NCBI RefSeq assembly: GCF_035084215.1
Contig: NC_090358.1
Location: 15,686,001-15,750,000, forward strand
DNA: 64,000 nucleotides
Source of the DNA: Heptranchias perlo
Lineage: Eukaryota
Direction: 5' to 3'
Shown here piece by piece: positions 13,866 to 25,819 of the stretch (the first letter of the stretch is position 1; each line of letters starts with the position of its first letter). A program made the translations under genes and the position numbers. The notes under the pieces are model-generated. The model saw only the letters and a list, made by a program, of their open reading frames with translations, had not been told where the DNA came from and did no database searches.

Positions 13866-15877
13866 CATTAGAATGGTAGGCCATTGTTAGAAAGTTAATT
13901 AAGAGCAAGTCTTTGATGTTGTTAGAATACATCGCCATTTAAAATACCCTAATCCGGTAATATTGCATGAGTAGTGTTGTTCTCATTCATGTGCAATTAA
14001 AGTTGCAGACTTCTGTGTCTATCTGATGCCGCTGTCATGGTTAGGATTACTACAATATATAGTACTTTACTGCTGAATGCATAAACAGAGATTCACTGAG
14101 GATAGGGTCTGTTATATTGGCCCCAGGCACACAGCACTATTCCTGATGGAATATTAACTGCATAGCTCATGCCAGACAGAAAATGGTAAGTTGAGGATCG
14201 CTGTGTGAGTAGTGATGGTTTGAGAACTGCCCACCTGGATAAGTGCATGGGCACGATACTGCACAGCTGTCTTGTGAAGGTGTTGCTATTTACTGGCCCA
14301 TTGAAGAACAGGACTGTATTGGAAGATATTCTGTCTATTCCGCTACAGTATGGCTGGCAGGTCCTGTGCGGCTGGCACAACCAAAGATAAACTTACAAAG
14401 GCCGTTAAAGTCCACCAACAATAGAAACCCCATTATACTGGGTCTTCCCAACTACCGCTGGTTTGTGGAGTTGAATGGACTGGCTACTTGTCTGTCTGTA
14501 GTCTGATGTCATGATGGGGTACTGGGTCATGACATCAAGCACAGACTCAGGACAGGCTCAGCGTGTGCAATGTCTTGCGGTTATTTGACCTGCTCCTGCT
14601 GTGGACTTTAACTGATTTGGCTCAACACTTGGGTGTTCTTTAGGCTCTTGTACTATATGGACTACTGTAATCTGTGCAGTGGGAAATCAAACAGTGCACC
14701 CAAGAGTCAGTCATTGCTGATGCAGTACTTCCAGCATGCACAGTGGTCAAAGTGTCGAAGCATGTGAGGATTCTTGGGAATTAACGGCTCCATTCTTGCA
14801 TGGAAATACACAAGAGCATCTCATTTAAGTAGTCTTCTCATGCCCCAGGATATGGAAGCTCTTAATGTAAAACTGCCTTTTAGTGCTGCATTTACATTCC
14901 AATCAATGTGAATGCAGCACTAAAACTAGAATGTAACAGGTGTGAGTGAAATGGGCGAAAGGATCACTCGCACTCTTTTTTTAAAAAAAAGAACATGGTA
15001 GTAGATTAAACTGTCATCAAATAGAAATGATGATCTGTATTTTGCAATAGAATTAAGGGCAGCTGACCTGTCTTCCCCAGAGCCTCCTCTCTTAATCAAC
15101 CTGCCTTCTCAGTTCCTGATGCTGTTAATTAGATATAATGTCCAGAGGGTGACATTTTTTAAATAAGTTTTAAATTTAAAAAGTTACAAAATATGCCTCT
15201 GAAAATGCTCCGAGGGTTAAGGCTAGTTATTTTTAAGGGTTGCAGATTCATTGAGGAATATTGAATACTACAATTGCAGAGACATTTGCTGTACTGAGAG
15301 TTCCTATATATTACTCAGCTGCTGATGTTTGCTGCTTTATGGGTATAAATAGTTATGCAACAATTTTTTTAAAACATGTTTGCAAATGTGCTTATGTTCT
15401 TGCATAAGTTATATTTCATTTAGGTGCAAGTAAAATATATTGCATATCAATGCAGCAACTTCAGTAAAGGTGTGAGTCAGTCCAATTTTAGTAAGAACTA
15501 AGCAGCAACTAAAAAGAAATGACAGTGGCAATGCTTGGAAAATGACAGCTTTTTCAAGTAAATGAAGTCTCCATTCAGCAGTTGGCATCAATGCTAGGCT
15601 TGCATTCCAGTTATGAGCATCAGAAATCTTTACACCATATCATCATTGAACTCACATTGGGGAGTCATTGGATATATTTAATCCATGAGGAGATCCAATT
15701 GAATAATGCACAAGTTTTGCAGCTCTAATTGCATTGACATTTGATTGGTTCATTCTATGTCCAGTGGGCCCACAATCTATTCTGTTTATTCTATAGGTAT
15801 GTGCAAGTTTTTGAAGTGATATCGATGTTAAAATATAAACAGGCTTCCCTGCAGAGTTCTTTGAATCATGAAGAGAT

Positions 15878-15994
15878 TGGAGTAGATCTTGACTTTGTGC
15901 GTTTGTGTAAAATGGGTGATAGCAAGTCACCGAACTGGCTGCCGACTCGCTATTACCCGTTTTACACTATCGCACAAGGTCAAGATCTATCCCA
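15878..15994. mobile_element. MITE-like palindromic element (about 117 bp)
   Basis: TAGATCTTGACTTTGTGCG...GCAAGTC pairs with GACTCGC...CGCACAAGGTCAAGATCTA, arms about 46 bp. Confidence 0.65.
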
Positions 15995-16084
15995 TTGGGT
16001 GAAATTAGCTTCCTCTTATACTTTCTGTCACAAAGACCATCTACTGCATAACATAACTCCATAACATCACCTGCTGAGGCCTAT

Positions 16085-16662
16085 CTGCTGTTGAAACCCT
16101 CATCCATGCCGTTCTCGTCTCCAGACTGGACTCTTCCAGTGGTCTCCGGACCAGCCTCCCATCCTCTGTAAACTTAAGCAGCAGAATTTTGGATGCCTTA
16201 TCTCCTATCCCACATGAGGTCCTTGCTGACTTGTATTGGCACTCAGTCATCCACTCCTCCAATTTAAAATTCTCATCCTTGTGTTTAAATTCTTTCTTGG
16301 CCTGGCCCCTCCCTTTCTCTAACTTCCTCCAGTCCTACAACCTCCCAACTCTCCGGGCTCTCTTCCTCCAATTTTGGCCTTTTGTGCAATCGCCCACTCT
16401 CTCTTTGCCCATCATTGGCAACAGTCCCTTCAGCCGCCTAGGCCCCATGCTCTAGAATTCCTTTCTTAAACCCCTCTTCCTCTCCATCTCCCTCTCATCC
16501 TTTAAGGCTCTCCTTAAAACCCACTTCTTTGCCCAAGGTTTTGGTCACCTCTCCTATTATCTCCTCGTTTGGTTTGACATCCATTTTTGTCTGACTACGT
16601 GTCTGTGAAGCGCCTTGGGACATTTTTCTACATTAAAGATACTATCTAAAAGCAAGTTGTTT
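16085..16662 (+). mobile_element. L2-like LINE 3' fragment
   Basis: ETLIHA...SRLD-like remnants, pyrimidine-rich body, tail GTGAAGCGCCTTGGGAC...AAGTTGT. Confidence 0.7.
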
Positions 16663-18847
16663 TAAGTCATAGTGATGAGGTTGCTCTAGTACATAGATTC
16701 TCAAGCTGGGGTCTGAGATCTTCAGATTTTTATCTCATCAGATTTCTGTATTTTGCATTATTTATTAACTAATAGCACATTCTGTCTGTGTCTCTATATT
16801 AATAAACATGTTCTGCAGCGATGTTCTTTTTTAATTTGCAATATCTGATGCTGGCTTTTGGAAATCAGAACAGGGTTTCTAGGAGAGTGTCTACTTGCAG
16901 GGCATCCCAAGCAAGTTGGTATGGAGTCCCCCACAGAGAACATTTTGAAAAGCACTCATGTTTTAGTATACAACATGAGGTATCCATTTTAATAAATACT
17001 TTGAATTAAGAATTTCCTTGTAATTTTATATCTAAATGAGGTAAGGCAATTTTGCCACTTTTAACTAATGAAGGGATAGTGCAGCTAATTATATAAACCC
17101 AGCTATCAACTTTACGTTTTGGAGTTGCTCTGTATTGTATCCAGGGTGAGAAAAGAACATCAGGCCCATACATACACATCCTTATCCTGCTGATTTCTTA
17201 CTATTGCACCAACCATTCCTTTACCCTACGTTCCAATTTAGATACATGAGTAGAAATAATTTTTGAATCCAAAATCTTATCACTGCACAAAATAGTAATC
17301 GCAACGCATCAATTGCTAATTAGTGGTATGACTTCTTCAAATTGAACAAACGGGGAAGAGGAAGGATAGACGCAAGATGTTCTAACCGCTGTGATCTTCA
17401 CATATTATGTATTAAATTAATAACATGACAAACATTTTTGAATACACATGTAACGAGTTATGTTGTAGTGCGATGGTTAGTTAAATTTAGTGATTTTGCA
17501 CTTTCAGAATGGGAGTTGATAAAAGGAATGGTCAAATTTTAAAAAAATCTTTGTAAAAGATTATCCAATCTGAGTGATTTTAAATATGGAAAGTAACATT
17601 TTGATATACAGTGTTACATACATGGGATATGTATACAGGTCAATTTGAAATACTTGTTATAAACAGTAATCAGGAATTAGCCTCTTAATAAGGCAACTGG
17701 CTTTCTATAATAAACCAAGGGATGCTCGAAGAAGTCTTGCTTCTGGAATCCACTTCCATACCTTCAGCTTCATTGACAGAGCCACTGTCGGAAGGTTCCA
17801 AACGAGTACGAAAAACTAGAGAGGGATAGGTATAAAAGCATTTATGTGTATAAAAGGCGCAGCGTTTGAGTAATGTCTTGGGTGGAGGGGGAGTGCAAAA
17901 GAAATGCAACAAGGTGATGACAAAGGTGTTCTGATTAACACTGCTGTGAGAACATTTGGATCCATAATGTGAAGAAAATTAGGATGATATAAAGCACCAT
18001 TAAGGTTTGACTTAAGAGAATGCAATCTTTCCACAGATTTTATTCAACATTTTAGTGTTAAGCAATATCTTTTCCTTATAATGAGTGTCATGATAAATGG
18101 CAGTCCATAAGTAATAGCAATAAAAGTTTCAGGATTAGATGCATTGCCATTATGTGGCAGCAAAGATTAAGGAGATTTGTAATGAATATCTTGTATGGGC
18201 CTGTAAATCATGCACGTGTTTTCTTGCTCCTTTGCCAAAACTTGTCTCAATTACTGCTGTGGAGGAGGTAGGGTAGTATTAATATGCTGTCATTATAACT
18301 TGTGTTTAAATTGGAGAGCTCAGAACAGAACTAAAATCCCAGGATATTGCCAATTACTGGGGAAGAAAGACATTGGTGACATTTGCTATTTTGTTACTGT
18401 GTGAGCTAGAAATTTACAACACTCCTGCTTATATTGGCCTTGTTTTAGTTCAGATTTCAGAACACAAGCATTCATGGACTAGTGTTCATGATCTGGCTCC
18501 CATTGTTCACACTGCTAAATCCAGCTTCCTTGTTTTGGCATCAGACTCAAAGACTGCGGTCTTCCCATTACAGCAAAACTGAGCTGAGAAACTGCACTGT
18601 GGGCATCACGAGTATGAATGCATTTCCCACCATTCTGCACTCCGTCTTTGTACAGTACATCTGTAGCTGAGCTACTTTACCCCACTTGCTTTTTATAGTA
18701 TTTAAGCAATCATATCTGTTAAAATGAAACCTGCCAAGGTAGTTGATTTTGAGAATTCTGTCACTGACATGTTTCTAGCATTTTCCCCTTAGTGAGTAAA
18801 ACAGTTGGGTGAGTATTTTGAATACTCGCCCAACTTGAAACTTGAAT

Positions 18848-19011
18848 CAAAAGCAAAATACTGTGGATGCTGGAAATTTGAAATAAAAACAGAAAATGAT
18901 GGAAATTCTCAGCAAGTCAGGCAGCACCTGTGGAGAAAGAAACAGTTAACGTTTCTGGTTGATGACCTGTCGTCAGAACTGGACGAAGTTGAAGTTCTGA
19001 TGCAAGGTCAT
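18848..19011. mobile_element. Penelope-like palindromic remnant (family P2) with degenerate hammerhead on - (18944-18980)
   Basis: Inverted arms around 18951-19022; flanking direct repeat CAACTT(G/A)AAACTTGAAT at 18831-18847 and 19012-19028; AGUU-CUGACGA...GAAACGU-U-AACU. Confidence 0.7.
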
Positions 19012-20085
19012 CAACTTAAAACTTGAATTCTAGGTTTAAGCTCAAATGGCAACTGTCAGGTTTCAAATACTGGACACATCTCCAAGATGAGAACTCTTAT
19101 GTGTAACCAATAAACTGATGCCAATTTGTCAATGTTGCAGTTCTTCCCCAAAATAAATTCTGATGTGACTCAACTTGGAATATCCTCAATTTGTTACTGG
19201 TCCCTGCAAAGTGGGGAAAAAAAACTGTGTACGCACGTGATGCTGTTCCATCACCTACAGTAGAAAGGAGGAAAATAATACTAATCTAAAGCACTGTTAG
19301 GCAGTCAGTTTTTACAACACTGGTGCATTGACTCTTGAGCATGTGGTTTAAATGATGCTCTGGAGTCAATTCATCTTTCAACCTTCCACTGTGGAACACA
19401 TTACGTCGGTTTAAACTTGTTTATCCAGGGAAATTATGAAAATCTGTTCCCGGGTAGAGGATGTCTGTCCACGCTACTCAAACACTCCCCTGCCGATTGT
19501 TTACATCCCCCTATCTGCTGACTAAATGGCACCACCTTCCTAAATTAAAGAAATGCCTGTGTATGCAATATATGGTGTGTTGTGAGAGAGGGGGTATTAA
19601 ATTGTTAATGTCCCTTCACAAAATAAAATTCTCTCTCATTTTCCCCCACAAAATGTAATGGCTTTATCTAAATTTGCGATTGAATTAATGTCAAATTAAT
19701 TTCCGCAACGTGCTTTTTCAAGTTGAATAACTTGCCTAATGGAAAGATAAATCTTGATTAGAAGAAAAACATTTCGAAACATCAATGTGCAATGATTGCC
19801 CTTCGAGTGAATCATTGTGAACTTTGAAATGAGCCACCCATTAATTTTAATGCAGGGGCATAACAAATTAAATGCAGTTTATTCCATGACAAGTCAATAG
19901 TAGGAAAAGTAATAAAACTGGTGCTTTTGGTTTGCAATGATTCAGAAAATTGTAGCTTCTGATTACAAAAAAAAATTAGAGCAGACAGCTAACATGGTAG
20001 ACCTGTCAATGTGGCTACAGCTCTTGTACTCCTGTGGTGTATTGTAACTGCAGGTTTAGGAGGTTTGCTTTCTTTTTCTCCCTAG

Positions 20086-20189
20086 AATACCCTCACAAGT
20101 ATGGGCCAGAAGGAGGCTGTGCTGACCATTCAGTGTTTGAAAGAATGAAGAAGTACCAGGAGTCTGCTGTAGAAGAGCCCACACCACAG
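20086..20189 (+). CDS. ADAM10: ADAM10 exon (human exon 5 equivalent), prodomain with cysteine-switch-like Cys
   Basis: cctag|...cag|gtgag splice sites; translates [34 protein letters not shown], recognisable ADAM10 prodomain. Confidence 0.96.
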
Positions 20190-20347
20190 GTGAGCAGGCT
20201 ATAACTTTGCAGCCTGGATCTTGAGTTTAAAATGCGAATCGTAATTGTACTGTAGCATTTATCTAATTTATACTACACTGTGGATGAAATGAATAAATCA
20301 CACTTCAAACCAGAGGTTTCTAAACTTTTCCACTCCAAAGAAGAACA

Positions 20348-20719
20348 TAATCTAGGCTAAAACTTGCAGTAATGAGGGAGCGCTGCACTGTCAGATGTAT
20401 CGTTTTTCAGATGAGATGTTAACCCGAGGTCCCGTTTGCCTTCTCAAGTGGACATGAACGATCCCATGGCACTATTCGAAGAGGAATAAGGAAGATCTGG
20501 TATCTTAGCCAACATTTAGCCGTTAACCAACATCACTCAAACAAATTATCTGGTCATTTAGCTCATTGCTGTTCGTGGGACCTTGCTGTACACAAATTGG
20601 CTGCAGCATTTCTCTACATAACAACCATGAGTACAATTCAAAAGTACTTCATTGGCTGTTTTAGTGCTTTGCTATGCCTGAGGATGTGAAAGCTGCTGTA
20701 TAAATGTAAGTCTTTCTTC
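20348..20719 (+). mobile_element. DeuSINE (SacSINE1/AmnSINE1-like), 5'-truncated
   Basis: GAGGGAGCGCTGCACTGTCAG...GATGAGATGTTAACCCGAGG central domain and L2-like tail; family assignment from recall. Confidence 0.7.
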
Positions 20720-21934
20720 TGTGTTGGGGGTCTTTGTGCAAATATTGACATACTGTTACAGGCCCCTAACCATAACTTCTGAAAGACAATATCTGTCACC
20801 CAAAGGAAAGTGGAAAAATCATTGCCGAAAATAGGTTTTAGATTTTTATTAGTATAGAAAATAAACAGAAATAATGTGCTAGTAAATCCACAACTGCAGA
20901 AATCTGATGACCTTGTGTATCCCTTAAGAACCAGGCACCCCAGTTTGAAAAACTACATCTTAATGGGATGTTTTTGCTGGGTTGCACTGGCGCCTGGTAA
21001 CAGAATTTGCTTCCATTGTTCGAAGTCAGATTATCTAGTCAGTCTTTTAATCATCTCTTTTTCATTGAGAAACCTAGATCCAGTGCCAAGGATCATAACA
21101 TAGGACATCACCAAAGTCGAAAAGAGTAGGAGAGAAGACTACATAAATTAAGTGGTTGACTGATGCTAGGCTTCAGTTGTAACATGCAGAACGTAAAGGA
21201 AACTGGGAGATGTAAGGAATAATAGTTTTGAGGTTCTGGGGGGAAAATTGTGGGAGATGGCTCAAAAGAGTCTGTATTTCCACACAGTGGGACTGCAGAT
21301 GAACTGCATTTGGAGCTTTGGGGGAACAAGAGAAGAGTAGAGGAGCAATGAACACAGAACCAAAAGCAGGCCAGCTGAGGTTTCAAATTTAAAATTGGGA
21401 GTTGGGGGGGGGAAAGGAGGAACCTGGCTGAATTACTGAAGATGATGCACATCACCAATAGCTCGGATCATTTTTTCCAAATGATGTTCTAAATATGAAA
21501 ATCATACCAGATCTTGAAAGTTCTAATACAGATTTCACACGGAAGCCGTAAAAAACACTCTGCCACTCTGAAACATGCACAGCTGTATTATTGAAATATA
21601 GGCGTCTCCAAATTATAGTTTGTTTATTGTTTTATTTTCTGTTCGTGCTTTTACATGTACAGTTAGAGGTGTTTTAAATGAATTTTTGTACCAATATTTT
21701 TAAAAATTAGAATTTATGTACACAACCCTTTACAATAAACAAAGGATAAACTACTCACTACCAGTAAGCAAAATTATAACAAAGTTGGCATATTTCCCAG
21801 TGTATTACGGGAATACGCTTTGAACGATGGCACTATGATGGTCTAATGGTTTAATAAATTATTTTAAATTAAAATTCATCCTTTAGATTCCCTTTAATCT
21901 CTCAACATTTCAAACCATATATTCAGGCAAATTT

Positions 21935-23747
21935 TTTTTATTCATTCATGGGATGTGGGAGTCACTGGCGAGGCCGGCATTTATTGCCCATCCCTAATTG
22001 CCCTTGAGAAAGTGGTGGTGAGCCGCTGCCTTGAACTGCTGCACTCCGTGTGGTGAAGGTTCTCCCACAGTGCTGTTAGGTAGGGAGTTCCAGAATTTTG
22101 ACCCAGCGACTATTAAGGAATGGCGATATATTTCCAAGTCGGGATAGCGTGCAGGTGGTCCCGTGTACCTGCTGCTGTTGTCCTTCTAGGTGGTAGAGGT
22201 TGCGGGAATGGGAGGTGCTGTCGAAGAAGCCTTGGCGAGTTGCTGCAGTGCATCATGTAGATGGTACACACTGCAGCCACAGTGCGCCGGTGGTGATGGG
22301 AGTGAATGTTTAGGGTGGTGGATGGGGTGCCAATCAAGCAGGCTGCTTTGTCCTGGATGGTGTCGAGCTTCGAGTGTTGTTGGAGCTGCACTCATCCAGG
22401 CAAGTGAAGAGTATTCCATCACACTCCTGACTTGTGCCTTTGTAGATGGTGAATCAGGAGGTGAGTCACTCGCCGCAGAATACCAAGCCTCTGACCTGCT
22501 CTTGTAGCCACAGTATTTATAATGAGGTCTGGAGCCAAGTGGTCCTGGCGGAACCCAAACTGAGCATCGGTGAGCAGGTTATTGGTGAATAAGTGCCACT
22601 TGATAGCACTGTCGACGACACCTTCCATCACTTTGCTGATGATCGAGAGTAGACTGATGGGGCGGTAATTGGCCGGATTGGATTTGTCCTGCTTTTTGTG
22701 GACAGGACATACCTGGGCAATTTCCCACATTGTTGGATAGATGCCAGTGTTGTAGCTGTACTGGAACAGCTTGGCTAGAGGCGCAGCTAGTTCTGGAGCG
22801 CAAGTCTTCAGCACGACAGCTGGTATGTTGTCGGGGCCCATAGCCTTTGCTGTATCCAGTGCACGCAGCCGTTGATATCACGTGGAGTGAATTGAATTGG
22901 CTGAAGACTGGCTTCTGTGATGGTGGGGATATCGGGAGGAGGCAGAGATGGATCATCCACTCGGCACTTGTGGCTGAAGATGGTTGCAAATGTTTCGGCC
23001 TTGTCTTTTGCACTCGCATGCTAGACTCCGCCATCATTGAAGATGGGGATGTTTGCAGAGCCTCCTCCTCCCGTTAGTTGTTTAATTGTCCACCATGACT
23101 GGATGTGGCAGGACTGCAGAGCTTTGATCTGATCCGTTGGTTGTGGAATTGCTTAGCTCTGTCTATGGCATGTTGCTTCCGTTGTTTAGCATGCATGTAG
23201 TCCTGAGTTGTAGCTTCACCAGGTTGGCACCTCATTTTTAGGTATGCCTGGTGCTGCTCCTGGCATGCTCTTCTACACTCCTCATTGAACCAGGGTTGAT
23301 CCCCTGGCTTGTTAGATGGTCGAGTGAGGAATATGCCGGGCCATGAGGTTACAGATTGTGCTGGAATACAATTCTGCTGCTGATAGCCGACAGCGCCTCA
23401 TGGATGCCCAGTTTTGAGCTGCTAGATCTGTTCTGAATCTATCCCATTTAGCACGGTGGTAGTGCCACTCAACATGTTGGATGGTGTCCTCATTGCGAAG
23501 ACGGGACTTCGTCTCCACGAGGACTGTGCGGTGGTCACTCCTACCAATACCGTCATGGACAGATGCATTTGCGACAGGTCGATTGGTGAGGACGAGGTCA
23601 AGTAAGTTTTTCCCCTCGTGTTGGTTCGCTTACCACCTGCCACAGGCCCAGTCTGGCAGCCATGTCCTTCAGGACTCGGCCAGCTCGGTCAGTAGTGGTG
23701 CTACCGAGCCACTCTTGGTGATGGATATTGAAGTCCCCCACCCAGAG
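21935..23747 (-). mobile_element. LINE family B, 5'-truncated with internal RT deletion
   Basis: WVGDFNIHHQEWLGS (APE), NYRPISLLSIISKVME, QFGFRQ, then a jump to NTVATRAGQRLG; intact 3' tail. Confidence 0.92.
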
Positions 23748-23991
23748 ACCAGTTCCTAGTACATCTTCAAATGTATTTAAATATAGTGTTCCCTCTATCC
23801 TGGTGAGAAATATGTGGCCTTGTCTGTACCTTTTTTGGGGCAGATGCCAACCAGAGATTGCAGTCACAACATGGACCATTGTCTGGTTATCCCCTGGCAT
23901 TGTATTTTGGAGTACTGTTCCATAATTTTCTGTTGTTGAAAGATTGATATTGTCATCAACTCTCTCTTTTCTGTTGCACTGTTGTCTCCAG

Positions 23992-24153
23992 GTGCAGAAG
24001 CTTGTGGAATTTGAACATGAACATGATCATGAACCAGTTATTTTGAGAAAACCTCGTGCAGCTCCAGAGGAGAAAAACACATGTCAGCTTTTTATTCAAA
24101 CAGATCATCTGTTCTTCAGATACTATGGTTCGAGAGAAGCAGTTATAGCCCAG
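23992..24153 (+). CDS. ADAM10: ADAM10 exon 6: prodomain/catalytic boundary
   Basis: ccag|...cag|gtatg; [54 protein letters not shown]; in-frame alternative AGs 6 and 9 nt downstream make the exact start slightly uncertain. Confidence 0.94.
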
Positions 24154-25726
24154 GTATGAAATAGAAAGTCAAATCATCATTCTAATTTAAAACAGGGGGT
24201 GGGGCGGGGGGTCCTCAGTATATGTAGCTTGCTGCATTAGATGTATTGACGTGCAATAGTAGGTTTGCAAACCAGAATCTGTACATGTATAAAAGCTGAA
24301 TGAGACAAGTTACCAAATATGAAGGGTAGAATAGTTACAACCTTTACAAAAGAAAACTGGGATCAGTCATCTATCGGTTGCAATATTGTTTTGACATTAG
24401 ACATTCACTGATTTGAATCCCAAACACTTGACAGTGCTACCAATTGTGTTTGTTGGTTCGGCTGCTGGTTGCACTGTCCTGTGAAAGAACAAATGATTGA
24501 AATGGGAAATGGCACACTTCTATCTTAAAGGAGCACTATTCCTTAATTGGCATTGACTAGAAATGCTGCTGATATATATTGGGCTCAATTTTTGTAAATG
24601 TTTAAGGATAAATTATGAATTTAGTTACAGTTTATCACTGTCAAAAAAAAAGGCTTCCTTGGAATTTTGCTCAAATGTGTGGGTTGAAATAATTGGCTTT
24701 TGAGAACATTTGAAGAAGTGATTGGCAATTCATAGCCAATTTTCAAACACAACTAACAAGTGAGTTCAATTGAACACAAAACTGAGATGCATCCTCCTCA
24801 ATTCCTTCTTCCTTCCCTTCACCCCCCCCCCCCCCCCCCCAAAGTATTGATTTCTAACCGATAACCAATGGAAGCTTCTTCTGCTAAAAATAAATAATCA
24901 AGATGTTGCCCAGTTATCAGTCGTTCTGAAGCACCCGTAATGAATTTTTGAACTTAATATTCGTTAAATTTGTAAGTGATCTCATCCCCAATTTATGTAT
25001 GTGCCATTTTGGGACTAATTTCCTGACACAAACTCAAATGATGTGATGGCTAAAATGTTACCCTTTGGAAGTACTATAGGAAGTAATGTCAGAATATCAC
25101 CACATCTCTGTATTCAGAGTCACTTGTGGTAAGACCGTCATGATTTGTATTTAATTTTAGTTGCAAATATATCAGTTGCTGCAGTAAGTTACATTGCTAC
25201 AGCAAGGTCCAAGATATAGCAACTAGATGTGTTGGAGTCAATTTTATGAAGAAACACTAATTTTGAAAGAACATAATTTGCAAATCCTGTAAATGAAATT
25301 GAAATAATGGTTATCTGATTGGCTTGTTAATCAAATCTCAGTTTGGATAAAGTTTGTAATTTCCATGTCAGGCTGTTGCCTCACAATTTTCAAGAAAAGC
25401 TGACCTAAGAAGCATTGGCATTGTCCATTTTATACTAGAAGCATGCCCTTTGACTAATTAATTATGCTTTGACAACTGTGTCAGAATCTTAGATTATCTG
25501 GTCTCCTGCTGAGGGTGAGGGGGGGCCTGGTGGGACAAATTGAATGAAAAATCGCATGTTCTAAATACAGTTGGTATGTTGGAAATATTGAATGTTTGAT
25601 TTTACAGTTTGCAAAACTATCTGGCTATTTTTGAATACTACTTGAGATGCTTAAGAGCTAGATAAATGTCCCCTTTTAGCAGCTATTATTGGAAATAAAA
25701 TAATTTCTTGCATGTTTCATCTCCAG

Positions 25727-25819
25727 ATTTCCAGTCATGTCAAAGCAATTGATACAATTTACCAGACAACGGATTTTCAAGGAATCCGAAATATCAGTTT
25801 TATGGTGAAAAGAGTGCGA
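25727..25819 (+). CDS. ADAM10: ADAM10 exon 7, metalloprotease domain
   Basis: 93 nt, AG/GT bounded; [31 protein letters not shown]. Confidence 0.97.

Noticed and set aside
24822-24840. Poly-C runs (also about 45290-45306) as functional G-quadruplexes
   Set aside because: Simple homopolymers with error-prone length and no supporting context
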